From: Hypanus sabinus
Taxonomy: Eukaryota
Assembly: GCF_030144855.1 (NCBI RefSeq)
Contig: NC_082724.1
Coordinates: forward strand, 21,886,001 to 21,950,000
DNA length: 64,000 nucleotides
Reading direction: 5' to 3'
Position numbers and translations under genes: made by a program. How positions within the stretch are numbered: position 1 is the first letter of the stretch; every line of letters starts with the position of its first letter. Shown piece by piece: positions 24,196 through 39,172 of this stretch. The notes beneath the pieces were generated by a model. It had not been told where the DNA came from. It saw only the letters and a list, made by a program, of their open reading frames with translations, and made no database searches.

Positions 24196-24924
24196 AACTT
24201 TCAAATTGATGAGATATTAATTAAGAAGTGTGAATGTAACTGGCCTAAAGCACTCTTAGGATGCTATCTGATTCCGTATGTTTCAGCCCTCAGAAACTAA
24301 GCCTTTGGGTTATCCAATAATTTAACTAAATCTTTTTAACCCAAAAAAATCTGAGAGTTCTTGCCTAGTGAAATGCAAAAAAAAGCACTATAAACAATAT
24401 AAACAATAACCAACACCAAAACACAGCACACCTAATTTCAAAAACTGAAGTTAGTAACGTGAGTTAACAAACAAATTAATTGCTCACTTTCTTTTCATAT
24501 TGGAACCTGCAAAAACAAAGTTAGGCTGAATATAGCAGTATTATTTCAGTGGAAGCTTATTTGTAACTGAAACTTGTATTACACTCATGTTAAAGCTACA
24601 CTGGTGAAACCAGAGTAGGACTGAGGAATTTCTCAGCTATAATGATTCTCAATGATGTGAGAGAAGCACTATTTTGTACAAACTAGTAATTAATTAACCA
24701 GTTTGTAGTCATTTGAGTTTATTTTGAACGACATTTTATAAGTGCTCATGGTTAATAATGGATAAGTCACTGTGCAAGGTAGTACATGGGTCTTATAGGA
24801 ACCTGTTTGGTCTACTGTATTAACTCTCATAGCTTCATATTAAATGCACTAACCATGTTTTAGTATGTCAGAATTTTTATATGTAAAGTCTGATTGCAGC
24901 TTGTTTAACATTATTTAATTGCAG

Positions 24925-24999
24925 CTGGGTGTTCATGGATATGCCTTTGCAATAACAAACAATGGCTACGTTTTAACACATCCAGATCTGAGGCCACCG
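24925..24999 (+). CDS. CACNA2D3: CACNA2D3 exon (75 nt): [25 protein letters not shown]
   Basis: ttgcag| acceptor and CCG|gtaaga donor; contains the Cache-domain GYAF..TNNGY.L.HP motif. Confidence 0.96.
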
Positions 25000-25269
25000 G
25001 TAAGAAATCTTTCTGTAGAATTGGCTGGAACTGGTGTATGTTGATCAATATTTTGTGATCTTGCTGTCTTAAAATATTCTCTTTAATTTTGTGATATTAA
25101 GTATTTTATTGCTGTATTGATTTAGAATTTATTAAATTTCATTGGTTTGAGGTGCCTTTGTTTGAAGAAATTTGACTTGGGAATAATCTAGTTCATCCTG
25201 TGAGAGTTGCCAGGGAGATGAATGAAATTATTGGTGAGCTTGTGGTAGGACTTGTAAGGTCCTGTCAGG

Positions 25270-25480
25270 ACTTGCGGGATGTCCTCTCCGTGGAATGCGC
25301 GGGTTTCTCCAGGTCCTCCAGGTTCCTCCCACAGCCCAAAGATGTACCGGGTAGGTTAATTGCCCATTGTAAGTTGTCTCGTGATTAGGTTAGAGTTAAA
25401 TTGGGGATGTCAGGGATTGTTGGCGGTTCATCTCAAAGGGCCTGAAGGACCTATTCTGTGCAGTATCTCTAAATAAAATA
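25270..25480 (+). mobile_element. 5'-truncated V-SINE (HE1-like) with CR1-type tail
   Basis: V-domain gggtttctccaggtcctccaggttcctcccacagcccaaagatg; 3' end aagggcctgaaggacctattctgtgcagtatctctaaataaaata. Confidence 0.75.
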
Positions 25481-28019
25481 GTTGCTAATGTCTTGTTAAA
25501 CATTTGGGAGTATACCTATTTGCTGCAGGTTTATTTTATCCAGTAGTTCAGATTGTGTATTTACAACGAAGCAAAGACAACTGAAGGAAGTGGCCTCAAA
25601 TGTTTCATGACCCCGTTGTGTGGTTTTATTCCTAATGTTGGCTGCTGTTGGCTCCAGTATCTTAAAACCGTGATGTCATCAAGCAGGGAGAGCAACAATT
25701 ATACTGAGGAATTCTCATACATTGTACTAGGAAGTTAAAGGCTTTAATTTCAACTAATAAATACTGTGTCAATGATGATACATTGTAAATTAACTTTAGA
25801 AAAGATATCTGGTTTTTATTATTTTTAAAAGAGTGGATTTTGATAAAATAATCAAAGAAAATTAAATTCAGCAGATGTAATGCTTGTTTTATATACTATT
25901 TCATTTTTTTAATGGCTTAGCACACCTTAAGAACTCATTTGCAACATTTTTAAAAAGCTTGACACTTTCAGGACTTTTGAACAGCAAATACCTAAGGTTA
26001 ATTCAATTTTAGTTATTTATAGTCTGCAGCAACTACCTCCAGGATTTTGCAGTTAACTACACCTTTATCTAGTCCACATTTGCTGTCAGATAGCTTGTAT
26101 ATTACCGATAGCCTTGTAACTCTCATCAGCAATTCCAATACAGTGCTTCTATTGTTGAATGTGCATATTAAAGAACATCTTCAAAATTATGTTTAAAATT
26201 TTGATGTGCTAGTTTGTAGTAGGATGCCATTCTATCACTGGAAGGGTTACTTACATGCAATCAAATTATAACTCCTAATAAGGTAGTAATGTATCTGATA
26301 TGATTTCTCTTTTGTGCTGTGCATCAATATTTGGATTCAGTTTGAATCCTTAAAGAACCTAAATTGATCTAAAATTATAAACACCATTTTTACTTGTTTG
26401 ATTTTTTTTCCAGTTGTCAACACACAAAAAAGCCATTTTAAACATTTTAGTTAAAGCCATAATTATATAACCAACATTTGTTCTAAAGCTGCAGAACTTA
26501 ATTAGTAGGAATCATGAAAAATAGTATACTGTAAATTTGCATTTTGTTATTAATATGTAGATGAAAAGTAGCTAAACTGATAATTAAAATTCAAGATAAA
26601 TTTAATCTTTAATATAAACATTAGTAGATGATAGAAATGCATTTATATTGCACTTTGTGAATGAGCCCGGTAACGAAGAGGGAAAGGAACATATTCTTCA
26701 ACTAAATTTTCAGTGCTGTTGCAATTGGTAACAATTAATCTTAAATTTTGCCAATGCCTATAATATTTAAGGTACATCTAGCTTCCAAGATGATATTGTC
26801 ATTTCAGAATTAATGTGTAGACGTCACATCAAGTGTCTGGTGTCTCAAGATGATTTATTACTCCAATTTCAGGGAACCCACTGTATAGTTGTCACAAATC
26901 ATAAACAATTGCCAATCAATCATGTTGTTCTTTTGAAAACACGGATATGTACTGTATGTTTTTTATTGATGCAGGTTGTGATTATAAATCAATTGTAGAT
27001 TCAATTTCACAGTCAAATGACTACATTCCATGAGTTAGAGAGAGAGGGATCTGGTGTCAAGTTTATGTACTTGTTTTATCCCTTCCTGTAGTGATAGCTC
27101 TGTAATAATCACCTGTAGTTTTTTTTTTGTGCTGAGAGAATCTATAATCCACCCAAAAGTAGGAAAGAACATTAATTTACATGTGAACTCATCCATACTT
27201 TGAAAGCAATAATGAACTGAACATTTGTGTGGTTTTAACAAAAATGTGATCCACATGAAGATATCTACTTTAAAATTCCTGTTTGCAGTTTTATAGTGGT
27301 TGAACTAACCTTTCAGCCCATTTTAATTCACGTCTTCCTGTAATGGCTTTTATTCATTTAGTTTTTTTAAGCAAGCTGTTCTATTGCTACTGCCTTGATA
27401 TTTTTCCAGACATTTATCATATATATTAATCATTCTTTTCTGATTTTTTCATTTCAACACTGAAATTACCTCTCACAACATGATTCCCAATGTTTAGCTC
27501 CTTTCTCAATTACTTGTTTTATTGAACTGGTTCATGTCCATAATGGAACAAGCCTGGACAATAGTCATATTTGGCTGATTAGTGGTAAGAAGCATTCACA
27601 AAATCTCAAGTGCGGACAATGACCTTTTCCAACAAGAGAGTCAGCTGAAAGGCTCTCATTCCTCAGCTTTATCTGTGTACCTGTATAGCCTTCAAATTAT
27701 TTTTCCTCGCGGGCACGTGCAATTGAAAGTTTCAATTGATTTTAATTCCATCACCACTTACAAATACTCACTAATAAATCATAATCCTGATGTGAACACT
27801 CATTACTGTCCCTTCAATTTTCCTTTCTCAAATCCTGAAAATTCTTGGCATTGATATTGTATAGCACTTTCAACACTCACCCATCGTAGTGCAACAAAGC
27901 AGCTCACTAATTCTTAAAGCAACTTGTGATGGTAAATAAAGTTCCTTAATATGCACTTAGAGAATGTGGTATCAGCATCAGTTATCATCAAGTTGTTGAA
28001 GGTTGTGAGTATATAGTAA

Positions 28020-28510
28020 AATCAGAATAAGGTTTAATGCCTCCTGAATATGTTGTGAAATTTGTTATCTTTGTGACAACAGTACAATGCAATACGTGAT
28101 AATATGGGGAAAATGAATTACAGTAAGTATATATATTTATGTATATATGTACATATTAGTTAAATAGGCAGTGTAAAAATAGAAATAAAAAAAGTAGTGA
28201 GGTAGTGTTCATGGGTTCAATGTCCATTCAGAAATTGGAAGGCAAAGGGGAAGAAGCTGTTCCTAATTTCTGAGTGTGTGCCTTCAGGCTTCTGTACCCC
28301 CTTTCTGATGGAACAATGAGAAGAGGGCATGTCCTGGGTGGCGGGGGTCCTTAATGATAGATCCTGTCTTTTTGAGGCACCGCTCCTTGAAGATGTCTTC
28401 AAACACAGAGGCTAGTGCCCATGATGGAGCTGACTAATTTTACAACTCTCTGCAGCTTACCTTGATCCAGTACAATAGCCACCCCACTCGATACTAGACA
28501 GTGATGCAAT
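28020..28510 (-). mobile_element. Rex1/Babar LINE 3' fragment
   Basis: Homologous to 3226-3740. Confidence 0.8.
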
Positions 28511-29005
28511 CTTTCTAAAAGGAAATTTTCCTTGTATGGGACAGAAGATGGTTAAACTTTACAGTTCCTGTAATCAGTGATATATTAGGGGAAATGCACT
28601 TACTACATTCAACTTTAATTTATTTGACAGTCATCATTGTTCGCATGTGTTTATATACTGTGCAGGCAAATTATATTAACCTTGAAATAAAGATCGGATT
28701 TTTCCTCTACTTATCATCCATAATCAGTTTAATGATTTGTGAAAGGAAGCTCTGGCTTTAGTACTTTGATCTTATGCCACTATTAACTTTAATATTCTTT
28801 TTGCCAGAAGCAGAAAGATTCATTTTGTTCTGTATTGGTATATCCATTTGTTCCTCTTGAAACTTGAACCTGTCAGCTCACTAACCTGAAAACAAATCAG
28901 ATCAGGTTCTGTCAGGATTAGTTCAAAATTTCTTTCCTTACAAGTTGAAATCTATCTCTGTAACTTGTAATTAGAGTTTATGCGGAAATATAAATGTTGG
29001 GCAAC

Positions 29006-31420
29006 GTTGGTGTGGGTGGAAGTCAGAAATAGGAAGGGATCAATCACTGTGCTGGGAGTAGTCTATAGGCCCCCAGATAGCCCTCAGGACACCGAGGAGC
29101 AGATGAGCAGGCAGATTTTAGAATGGTGCATGAAATACAGGGTTGTAGTTATGGATGATTTCAACTTCCCTCATATTGACTGGCACCTCCTGACTGCAAG
29201 GGGGATAGATGGGGCTAAATTTGTCAGGTGTGTTCAAGCAGGATTCCTGTCACAGTATGTGGACCAGCTGATGAGAGGAGAGGCCATACTGGATCTAGTT
29301 CTGGGTAATGAACCTGGTCAGGTGGCAGACCTCTTGGTGGGGGAGCATTTTGGTGAGAGTGACCACAGCTCCCGTAGCTTCAGCATAGCTATGGAAAAGA
29401 ATAAAAACAGACAAAATGGGAAAGTACTTAACTGGGGAAGGGCTAACTATGAAGGGGTGTGGCAGGAACTTGCGAGAGTAAATTGGAAACAGATGTTCAA
29501 GGGTGAAAACACAGAAGTACTTTTGGAGGAAGTTTAGGGACCACTTGTGCTGGGTTCAGGATAGGTTTGCCTCACTGAGACAAGGAAAAAATGGTAGGAA
29601 AAGGGAATTGTGGCTGATGAAACACGTGAGGTAACTCGTCAAGAGGAAAAAGGAAGCATATGTTAGATATAAGAAGCAGGAAGCAGGAGGGGCTCATGAG
29701 AAATATAGGGTAGCTAGGAAGGAGCTTAAGAAAGGATTTAGGAGAGCTCAAAGGAGGCATGAGAAGGCCTTGGCATGTAGGATTAAGGAGAATCCCAGGG
29801 CGTTCTATGCGTATGTGAAGAACAGAAGGATGAAAAGAATGAACATCAAGATTGATAAGTCTCTAGGGCCGGACTTGCTATATCCCAGGTTGCTGTAGGA
29901 AATGAGAGAAGAGATCACTGGAGCAGTAACTATGATCTTTGAATCCTTTTTGGCTGCAGGGGAGGTGCCGGAGAATTGGAGAATGGCAAATGTAGTTCCC
30001 TTGTTTAAAAAAGGTAATAAGGAGAATCCTGGGAACTATAGACTGGTGAGTCTTATGTCAGTGGTCTGCAAACAATTGGAAAGGATTCTTAAGGATAGGA
30101 TCTATCAGCATTTGGAAAAGTACAGTCTACTCAAGGATAGTCAACATGGCTTTGTGAAGTCAAGGTTGTGCCTCACAAGCCTAATTGAGTTTTTTGAAGA
30201 GGTAACAAAAGAAATTAATGAGGGTGGGGCAGTAGATGTGATCTACATGGATTTCAGCAAGGCATTTGACAAGGTCCCCCATGAGAGACTCATCCAGAAA
30301 GTCATGAGGCATGGGATCAGTGGAATCTTGGCTGTTTGGATAAAAAAAAATTGGCTTACAGGAAGAAAGCAGAGGGTAGTAGTGGAAGGAAAGTATTCTG
30401 TCTGGAGGTCGGTGACTAGTGGAGTGCTGCAAGGATCTGTCCTGGGACCCCTGCTCTTTGTGATTTTTATAAATGACCTGGATGAAGAGGCGGAAGGATG
30501 GGTGAGTAAATTTGCGAATGACACGAAGATTGGAGGAGTTATAAATGGAGCTGTAGGTTGACGAACGTTACAAGAGGATATAGACAGGATGCAGATTTGG
30601 GCAGAAAAGTGGCAGATGGAGTTCAATCTGGATAAGTGTGAAGTGATGCATTTTGAAAGGACAAACCAGAAGGCTGAATACAGGGTTAATGGTCAGTTAC
30701 TTAAGAGTGTGGATAAACAGAGGGACCTTGGGGTTCAAATTCATACATCCCTCAAGGCAGCTGCACTGGTTGATAGGATAGTAAAGAAGGCCTATGGGAT
30801 TCTAGGCTTCATTAATAGGGCAGATTGAGTTCAAGAGTATAGAGGACATGTTGCAACTCTACAAGTCTCTGGTGAGATCACACTTAGAGTATTGTGTTCA
30901 GTTCTGGTCACCTCATTATAGGAATGTTGTGGAAGCTATGGAGAGGGTGCAGAGGAGACTTACCAGGATGTTGCCTGGATTGGAAAATAAGTCTTATGAG
31001 GCAAGGTTAGCAGAGCTGGGATTTTTCTCTTTGGAACGTGGAAGGGTGAGAAGGGACTTGATAGAGGTCTACAAGATTATGAGAGGCATAGTTAGGGTGG
31101 ATAGCCAGTACCTGTTTCCCAGGGCACAAATAGCAAACACCAGAGGGCATATGTACAAAGTTAAGGGAGGGAAGTTTAGGGGAGAGATCAGGGATAAGTT
31201 TTTTACACAGAGGGTTGTGGGTGCCTGGAATGACTTGCCAGGGATGGTGGTGGAGGCTAAAACATTAGGGGTATTTAAGAGCCTCTTAGTCAGGCACATG
31301 GATGAAAGAAAAATAGAGGGTTATGGGGTAGTGTGGGTTTAGTACTTTTTTTTTAGGAAAATATGGGTCGGCTCAACATCGAGGGCCGAAGGGCCTGTAC
31401 TGTGCTGTAGTATTCCAGTG
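29006..31420 (+). mobile_element. CR1 LINE ORF2 (APE endonuclease + RT), internally deleted and inactive
   Basis: GVVYRPP, DFNFP.IDW, LDLVL, SDH, PGNYR.VSL, YMDFSKAFDKVPH, QGSVLGP and KFANDTK motifs, with stops and frameshifts. Confidence 0.95.
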
Positions 31421-33019
31421 TCACTGAAGCAATCTGAATGTTGAACTGGTTGCAATCGGTGAAAATGAATATAAAATTTTGGAGGTAGTGTCACATATTT
31501 TCCATGGATAGGAACTTCTATTTCAATATTTTTACAAATTTATTCTTAAATTTACACTAAGACGTATGTGCCAGCACATGTCAGCTGGAGAACTACTAGA
31601 ATTCAGGCTCTGAAGCTGAACTCTGGCCCAGATTTCTGAGTACTGACTGTGAAATGTAGAAGTCTGGAATGGTTTGATACTGGGAGGACTGAATTTGTCA
31701 CTGTACACTGCTGCTTAATTCCACACGGGTTTTAATGGCTGAGCCCATTCTTGCCAAGGAGACAGACTGCTGCAGAATCTGAGACCCCATGGGGATTATA
31801 GGATGAAGATTTAGGAAGGCTTAAAATTAACTTTTTTTAAAAAAATTGCTTTCTTAATTGAGTATTTTCAGTTAATTTTATATTTTTGTTGTTTTCCTTT
31901 ATTACTTTATAAATGTCCCTGAGTGTTAGAAAAATTGATGAACAATTAAAATTAATAAGCTGACATTGCCTCTTGCCCATCTTTGCTGGTCGCTGGGGGG
32001 TTTCAGAAGCTCCATGTTCTGCTGATTGATACTCTAGATTCGATGGGCAGAGATTATTCTGCATTTAGCCCTGACAAGTGCAATGGATTCGGACAATAAT
32101 TCGCAATGGGGGAACTGGATCAACATGATCCAGGCCCATTTTTTGCTATTTAACCATCAAACTATCATTCAGATATCATCCTGTTGGACATGATGCCTGT
32201 TCGCTTTTGAAGTAGAATGGAACTTACCTTAAACTGCAGTAGCTTCAATCAAATGTTTGCTTTATTATTATTTGCCTTGCTTCTTTTTCAGAAGTTCCTT
32301 CATCTCAGACAAAGAACAACCAATAATTTGGTTCTAATATTTCACTGAAATTTGCTATGGCATCCTATTCTCAGGCTCACTAATGTGAGAGCCTGGATTT
32401 TCCTCTTTCCACACAGCTGGTTTTGCAAGAACTCGCCAATCATTACCATCTCACTGTAATCTGAGTCATGGATTGTAACTGCAGAGTGGAACCCTACTCC
32501 AAAATCAAAGCTTTCATGCTGAGGTACAAAATGAGAGAATTCCTAAATGCTATATAGAATTTATAGGATTTAGGAATAAACTATAAATCTGTGTTTTTAA
32601 CTTCACACAAGCTTCCCCCATTCCAAGTATGCCCTTGCAGCTACCTTTACTTCATCTATTCCTTTCTCCTTCATGTATGCATCCTGCATTTAATCACACA
32701 GCTGTTATCTGCTGTGGAATATTTCTGAGGCACCAGAGGAGGAGTCTGTTCATTTAAACTACTTACAGATCTGGAAGACTATTCAGCACATCTAAAATAG
32801 TCATCCAGCAAATAACCCTACTCTTTTTCCTCCTATTGCTAGATCAACTCATGTTTTCAATGGTCCCATGGTTCAGACACGGTCAAGACTCCGAACCCTA
32901 TTCCATATGTTAATCGCACACTCTGACAAAATCCGCTTCTTTCAGTTCCACTGTCACTTCCTCTCACTCTTGAATATTTAGTTTAAAATAATATTTCATA
33001 TGCATCTCCCCTATAATAT

Positions 33020-33690
33020 TTAGCAGGTGATTGAAGGGAATGTGAGTGCTGGTTGAATGCAAATGGCGATATTATATGGACAATTGGAAATTTTAGATAC
33101 ATTTTAAGTCAAAGGCATTCAATGTACTTATGCATAGCATTTTAAGATTCTGAATGATGATATTGCCAAGGCATTAGAAATTATATTTCAGTCTTCTATT
33201 AAAGTATGGATAAGTGGCAGAAGGCTGGAGAGTAGCCAGTTTATTACAGGTTTTTAAAAAGGGAATACAAAACTAATCAGGGCAATTATAGGCCAGTTAA
33301 ACTAACATCTGTGGTACAGAAAATTTTTGAGTCTCTAATTATGGATGAAATTACCATGAATCCAGATATTGAGAAAACTGTTAAAACAAAGCCAGCAGAG
33401 GGGCAGCGAATGTAAAAGATATTTAAAGGACCACCAAACTCTTTTTTTAATTTTTGGAAGGTGATGGGAATGCTGTGGATATGGCATTTATAGACCAGGG
33501 AAGTTTTTAAATCCATGATAGGAAAGTTTACAATAGGAGACAAAGGGTTTGGACTTAGGTGCAAAATAGCAAACTGAATTAACGTTTATTAGACAGGATA
33601 GAATAAAGAATAGAGGTAATGCAGTTTTAGGAGTAGATAAGCTGTAACTGGCTCTTTTGGTTGTGTACACCAATAACTGTATTTACATAA
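33020..33690 (+). mobile_element. Old degraded CR1 relic
   Basis: ggcaattataggccagttaaactaacatc (GNYRPV.LTS) with flanking similarity. Confidence 0.55.
33391..33407 (+). promoter_or_regulatory. CTCF-like motif
   Basis: GCCAGCAGAGGGCAGCG matches the CCASYAGRKGGCRS consensus; motif match only. Confidence 0.4.
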
Positions 33691-35905
33691 TGAGGGAGTG
33701 CAGGTGGAATCTGTAGCTATCTGCTTTGTTTTTCTATGATTTACCCCTGAGGTTACATGTGCAAACTGAAACATTTTGCAGTCCATAACGTGCACAGGAA
33801 AATCAGATGTATACCTTTAACCCTGAGTCTTAGTGCTAAACTACTTCCCCCAGCTCCCTTGTGTCTCCTATTTGCTTGAAAAGGATTGAATGATATCAGT
33901 GGCTAACAAGGTCTATTTGAGGTTACTTCATCTGTGACAGAAATTGCAAGGGAAGAAAATGTGTACTCTCATTAATATCGTTAGTACACTCCTTTTGTTC
34001 AAGTCATACGGACAAGAATTAACTTACTATATATTAGCTTACTATTGTTTGCAAATTATATGGTAAAGCAGTTTGCATAAGATTCCATCTCTTTAATTTA
34101 AACTGCACTTTGCTGTTACACTGTCCGAAAACATTTGCTGAGGCATTTGAAAATAAGCATTAAATTATTTTTATGATCATGCATTTAAAGAACCAGTTAT
34201 TATTCCTGTTAAGACTTATATTCCTTGGAATGTTCCAGTGTGGAGTTAATCATGCCAATGCAACTAATCTCATTCCTCTCCAGAAGCCCTGTCTGCGACG
34301 TGAGATAACCTGGATTTAACCTTGTATTATGCAAAAGTTTATGCAACTATTCCATTACTATTTAACTGTAAAACATTAAGATTATTTAAAATCAGAGATT
34401 GATGCTTCCATTTAAATTAAAAAATCAATATTCTTGAATATTAAGATAAACATATTTGAGCCCTGAAGAGGAAAAAGATTGCTATTCCTTTGAAACCTAA
34501 CATTAGATATGTTTTGAAGGTGATTAATTTCAGATGATATAATGGAAAGTGGCTTAGCATTTAAATGAAGAAATTAGACTCTGTATAGTAGAATATTTGA
34601 ATTTAAATATTATATTGTTCCAGTGTGGATACATTCATTTCAGAGTTACTTTAAAATAACAACACCAGTGGCAGGCAGTGAACACTTCCAAGAATAGATA
34701 TTCAAATCACCTACCCTATGATAAACATGAGATTACCACTAGCAGTCACCCAACACCTACATGCTGGAAATGTCAGCATTGATGACATCTTTTACTAGAC
34801 AAATAATGTGAACACTACGACAACAAAAGCAGTTCAGAGGCTAGATTTTGTGGGCATGACTTGACCACGGGCTTTCCAAGTCAGGAGTGTAATGGAATAC
34901 TGTCAGTTTGCCTGGATGTGTGCAATTCCAACAACACAGAAGCCATTTCCCACTACTTAAGACAAGCAACCCATTTGATTAGCAACCCCTCTACATCTTT
35001 ACACCTTCTTTCTGACCGTCACTGAACACTGCAGCTGTACCTAAGGAACATCTCAAGGCCCCTCTTTGGCATCTCCCATCCATGGTCAGCAACATCTGGA
35101 AAAATATTATTATGACTGGGTCAGATCCTAGAACTTCCCATCCAGCTGTAAAAAATTGCACCTTCAACATCTGGCTACTGTGAATGAAAAGGAAGCTTCT
35201 TATCACATTCTCAAGGATGGGCAGTAACTGGTGACCTTGCCAGCTTTAATAATATTCCATGAAATATTTCTTAAAGAGCTATGAAGGTGGATATTTCAGT
35301 AATTGATTTCCAAGGCATAGGTAACAGGTATTCAGTAATATTTTGATGAGTAAACTATCATTATTCCTGCTCTACTATTATAAAATGCCATGCTTCTAAA
35401 TTCTGGATAATTGATGCTTTCCAGGCGTCTTGAAGATCTGGAGTTTAAAAAATCTTCTTTCATCCATTCTTCTTCATAAAATTCAGGATTCTGTATCTCA
35501 AACATAGTAACACCTAATCACCATTTTCAGAGTTAGGTCTGCTTTATTTTTCAAAAATTTTCATAATGCCTTGCATGATGGCAAGGCTCTTGGCCTTGTC
35601 CATAGAAATTAAATAATGACAGAATTCTTCTAAGCTAATTTTCATATTTTTATTAATAATATGTTGGTGCTTACAATATCCTTTGTTCTAACATTTTCAC
35701 TAAATTAATACTAATTATGTATTCTTGGTTCTGAAACATTATTTTAATTTTTACACCAGATTACATTAATTGAAAGGTACATTTTGTTCAAGAAAATTTA
35801 AAGAAAAATTGAAGAAAAAGAGATCAAAAGTGTAATTTTTTTTTGGTAAATGGACATTACCCCTATTTAAATACATGGGTAAAGTACTGATATAGTTAGA
35901 TATAC

Positions 35906-36735
35906 AGAATCAGAATCAGGTTTATTATCACTGGCATGTGTTGTGAAATTTGTTAACTTACCAGAAATGAAATACATAATATAGAAGAAAAAAATAAAGA
36001 ACAATAATAATAAATAAATAAGTAAATCAGTTGCAGTATACGTATATTGTATAGATTAAAAATCATACCAAAAAGCCAGAAATAATATATATTTAAAAAG
36101 TGAGGTAGTGTTCAAGGGTTCAATGTCCATTTAGGAATTGGATGGCAGAGGGGAAGAAGCTGTTCCTGAGTCACTGAGTGTGTGCCTTCAGTCTTCTGTG
36201 CCTCCTACCTGATGGTAACAGCAAGAAAAGGGCTTTCCCTGGGTGCTGGAGGTCCTTAATAATTGACGCTGCCTTTCTGAGACACTGCTCCTTGAAGATG
36301 TCCTGGGTACTTTGTAGGCTAGTTCCCAAGATGGAGCCGACTAAATTTACAACCCTCTTTCAGTCCTGTGCAGTAGCCCACCCCCCCCCCCCCCATACCA
36401 GACAGTGGTACAGCCTGTCAGAATGCTCTCCACGGTACATCTATAGAAGTTTTTGAGTGTATTTGTTGGTATACCAAATCTCTTCAAACTCCTAATGAAG
36501 TATTGTCGCTGTCTTGTCTTTTTTATAACTGCATCGATATGGGACCAGGTTAGGTCCTCAAAGATTTTGACACCCAGGAAACTGCTCACTCTCTCCACTT
36601 CTGAACCCTCTATGAGGATTGTTATGTGTTCATTCGTCTTAGCCTTCCGGAAGTCCACAATCAGCTCTTTCACCTAACTGACGTTGAACGCCAAGTTGTT
36701 GCTGCAACACCACTAGTAGGCATATCTCGCTCCTG
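35906..36735 (-). mobile_element. Rex1/Babar LINE 3' fragment
   Basis: Minus-strand ORF KELIVDFRK...VERVSSFLGVKI.EDLTW...SILTGC.TVWYG; (AGAATC)n tail. Confidence 0.9.
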
Positions 36736-37324
36736 TTATTATCTAAGTAATGGGTAGTCTCATTCTTTAAAGCAAAAGTATGAAGTAGTTAACTGTTCTT
36801 AATGAATCAGTTCATTAAACAAACTAGAAATTGGATCATTGTAACTCATAGTAATTCATATCACACAAAAAATAATTTAGCACAGGATAGATTGCATTGG
36901 CAATAACCCCCGGATGATGTTGGACCACGTAAGGGCCAATCATATAAATGGTTTTGATCTGTTTCTGGCATCAGAATACAACTAATTGCTTTAGTATTTG
37001 CACTGTCCATTTCTGTCCTCCACAGTATGAAGATGATCATCATGGGAAAGCCTCAGCACATTGTTTCTTAACTCGCTACTTAACACTATTAATATTGGAA
37101 CACCTGAACAGGCGCCTTCACAGCTCATTGTAGACACCTCCTAAAGTCCATGGGGTATGCTAAAACTAGTAAGGGGTGCCTCCTGCAGCATTTTCAGTGG
37201 GTGTCACTGCTGACTGGTCCCTTTCTAAATGAAGCGTGGCTGAGCCTGTAGTAATGCCAGCAATCCTTCTTCTCCTGCACAATGAAGGATGTGGTTTCCC
37301 CAAATAAGGAGGCATGTGAACATT

Positions 37325-37519
37325 AACACGAGATATTCTGCACATGTCGGAAATCTTGAGCAGCACACACAAAATGCTGGAAGATCTCAGCACTTCAGTC
37401 AGCATCCTTGGAGGGAAATAAACAGTCGACGTCTCTGGATAAGGCTCTTGTTCAATCCTGAGACATTAACTGTTTATTCCTCTCCATATATGCTACCTGA
37501 CTTGCTGAGTTCTTCCAGA

Positions 37520-37556
<37 letters not shown>
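37325..37556. mobile_element. Penelope-derived palindromic short element with expanded (TG)17
   Basis: Same arm sequences as the other copies; TSD CAT(G/T)TGAACATT at 37313-37324 and 37557-37568; (TG)17 at 37522-37555. Confidence 0.78.
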
Positions 37557-39042
37557 CATTTGAACATTGCCTAACTGTGCAAGATTGATTAAAATAGTAT
37601 CAAAACACTCCCATCTGTACACATTGTTATCTCCAGTATTTCAGTCAATATAATGGATTGTTTACAGGGCCAAAGTTTTTACAAAAGTGCTCTGTGAATT
37701 AAATATTTATTTCTTCTTATGAACATCAAGTAGAAAGGGTTATTTTAAGACAACATTTGAAGAGAAAGATGCTTACAATTGCCTTATTGTCTGATTGTCT
37801 TTGAACACTTAATATATTCCATGAAGAAGCTTGTTTTGAATTAATAGTTAAGATAATAGAATTTATAAGTAAATCATTGCAAAATAAACTGACAAACAGT
37901 TGTAATTAATTTCTATAGCACAATAATCATAATAATGGGAAAACAGCTGCTCACCATAAGGCTGATTCATTAACAGAGACGTATGAATGGAAATAATCAG
38001 CTAGATGTTGAGAAATCTGTTGCTTTAATACAGTAATTTAAAATTATATTAGAGAAGCCATGCCAATAGATTGAGTGTGAAATTTTTTCTTTCATGCTAT
38101 AGCTGGCTAATAAGTAGGAACTTATCGACAATATATTGTAGGAGGCCGTAGGTTTAGTAATCCTTGAGTGTTTTGAGTAAGTTATCCAGGTTTAGAAAGA
38201 TATAATAAACCATATGTTATGTATTTTGCTTATGTAACACCCAGAGGGACAGTTCAGTCTTTTATGTGACTTCTATGGTGATGGAACAGATTACAATAGT
38301 GTTCCTGCTGTATTCCATTTACTTACAGTGTTGTCAGAAGCTCAGTTTACCTGTACCAGTCCATTTAATACATTGCAGATAACATTGCCTTTTTGGAATA
38401 TTTTAAATGCCGCAATGTTACCTCTATTTCTTTCATCTGAGATTTTTAAGATTAGGCTCTAAAATAAGACCCATATAAAAATCACGCATATTCAATTTAA
38501 TGAAAATTACTATGATCAAATATATCAAAATTATATTAAATATTAACCAACAAAAATAACTAATAAAATTAATATCACATAATTGACAGAAAAGCAGCCT
38601 TATTTATCATCTTATAATAGAGGAAGGTCTTTGATGAAATGCAATTGAATAGTTGGATCTAGGTTGCTACTAGAAACAACTATGTAAACTCTTGGGATTA
38701 TGATGATTGGTTTTGAACAAGAGTCTTCTCTCTGCTTCAGATTCAGCATTCCCAGCACCTACAAAAAGAAGGCAGGAGGCTACAGAAAGGATTGGACATG
38801 GTCCTCGCATTCTATTCTGCTTACGTAGGAATCTACTTGCAGGGATTCCCAATGTGAGGTCCACTGACCCTTCAGTTAATGGTAGTGGTCCATGGCATAA
38901 AAGTGTGATTTATCAGAAACCTAAAATTCTGGGATATCTGCACATTAGTATGGACCATTTCTGGGTCTGGAAACTCTCGTTTCTCCCTGTCCCATAGCCT
39001 CGGTTTCATTTACTGTCTGTTCCTTCTGACTGATTAACTGGA

Positions 39043-39150
39043 GATAGACAATAGACAATAGGTGCAGAAGTAGACCATTCGGCCCCTCGAGTCTGCACCG
39101 CCATTCTGAGATCATGGCTGATCATTCACTATCAAAATAGACAATAGACA
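39043..39150 (-). mobile_element. Very short CR1 3' end
   Basis: Homologous to the CR1 3' UTR at 8620-8700; ATAGACAATAGACAA at both ends. Confidence 0.7.
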
Positions 39151-39172
39151 ACTCTTTTATGTTCTTTCTATG

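Noticed and set aside
28980-31342. Long ORFs (185, 219 and 164 aa) as host genes or an active retroelement
   Set aside because: They are fragments of one CR1 ORF2 with stops, frameshifts, an internal deletion and a mutated FADD (FAND).
32215-32330. Strong minus-strand donor (AAG|gtaagt) and a + strand acceptor (ttctttttcag) in the large intron
   Set aside because: No matching partner site gives a credible exon; isolated splice motifs are expected by chance.
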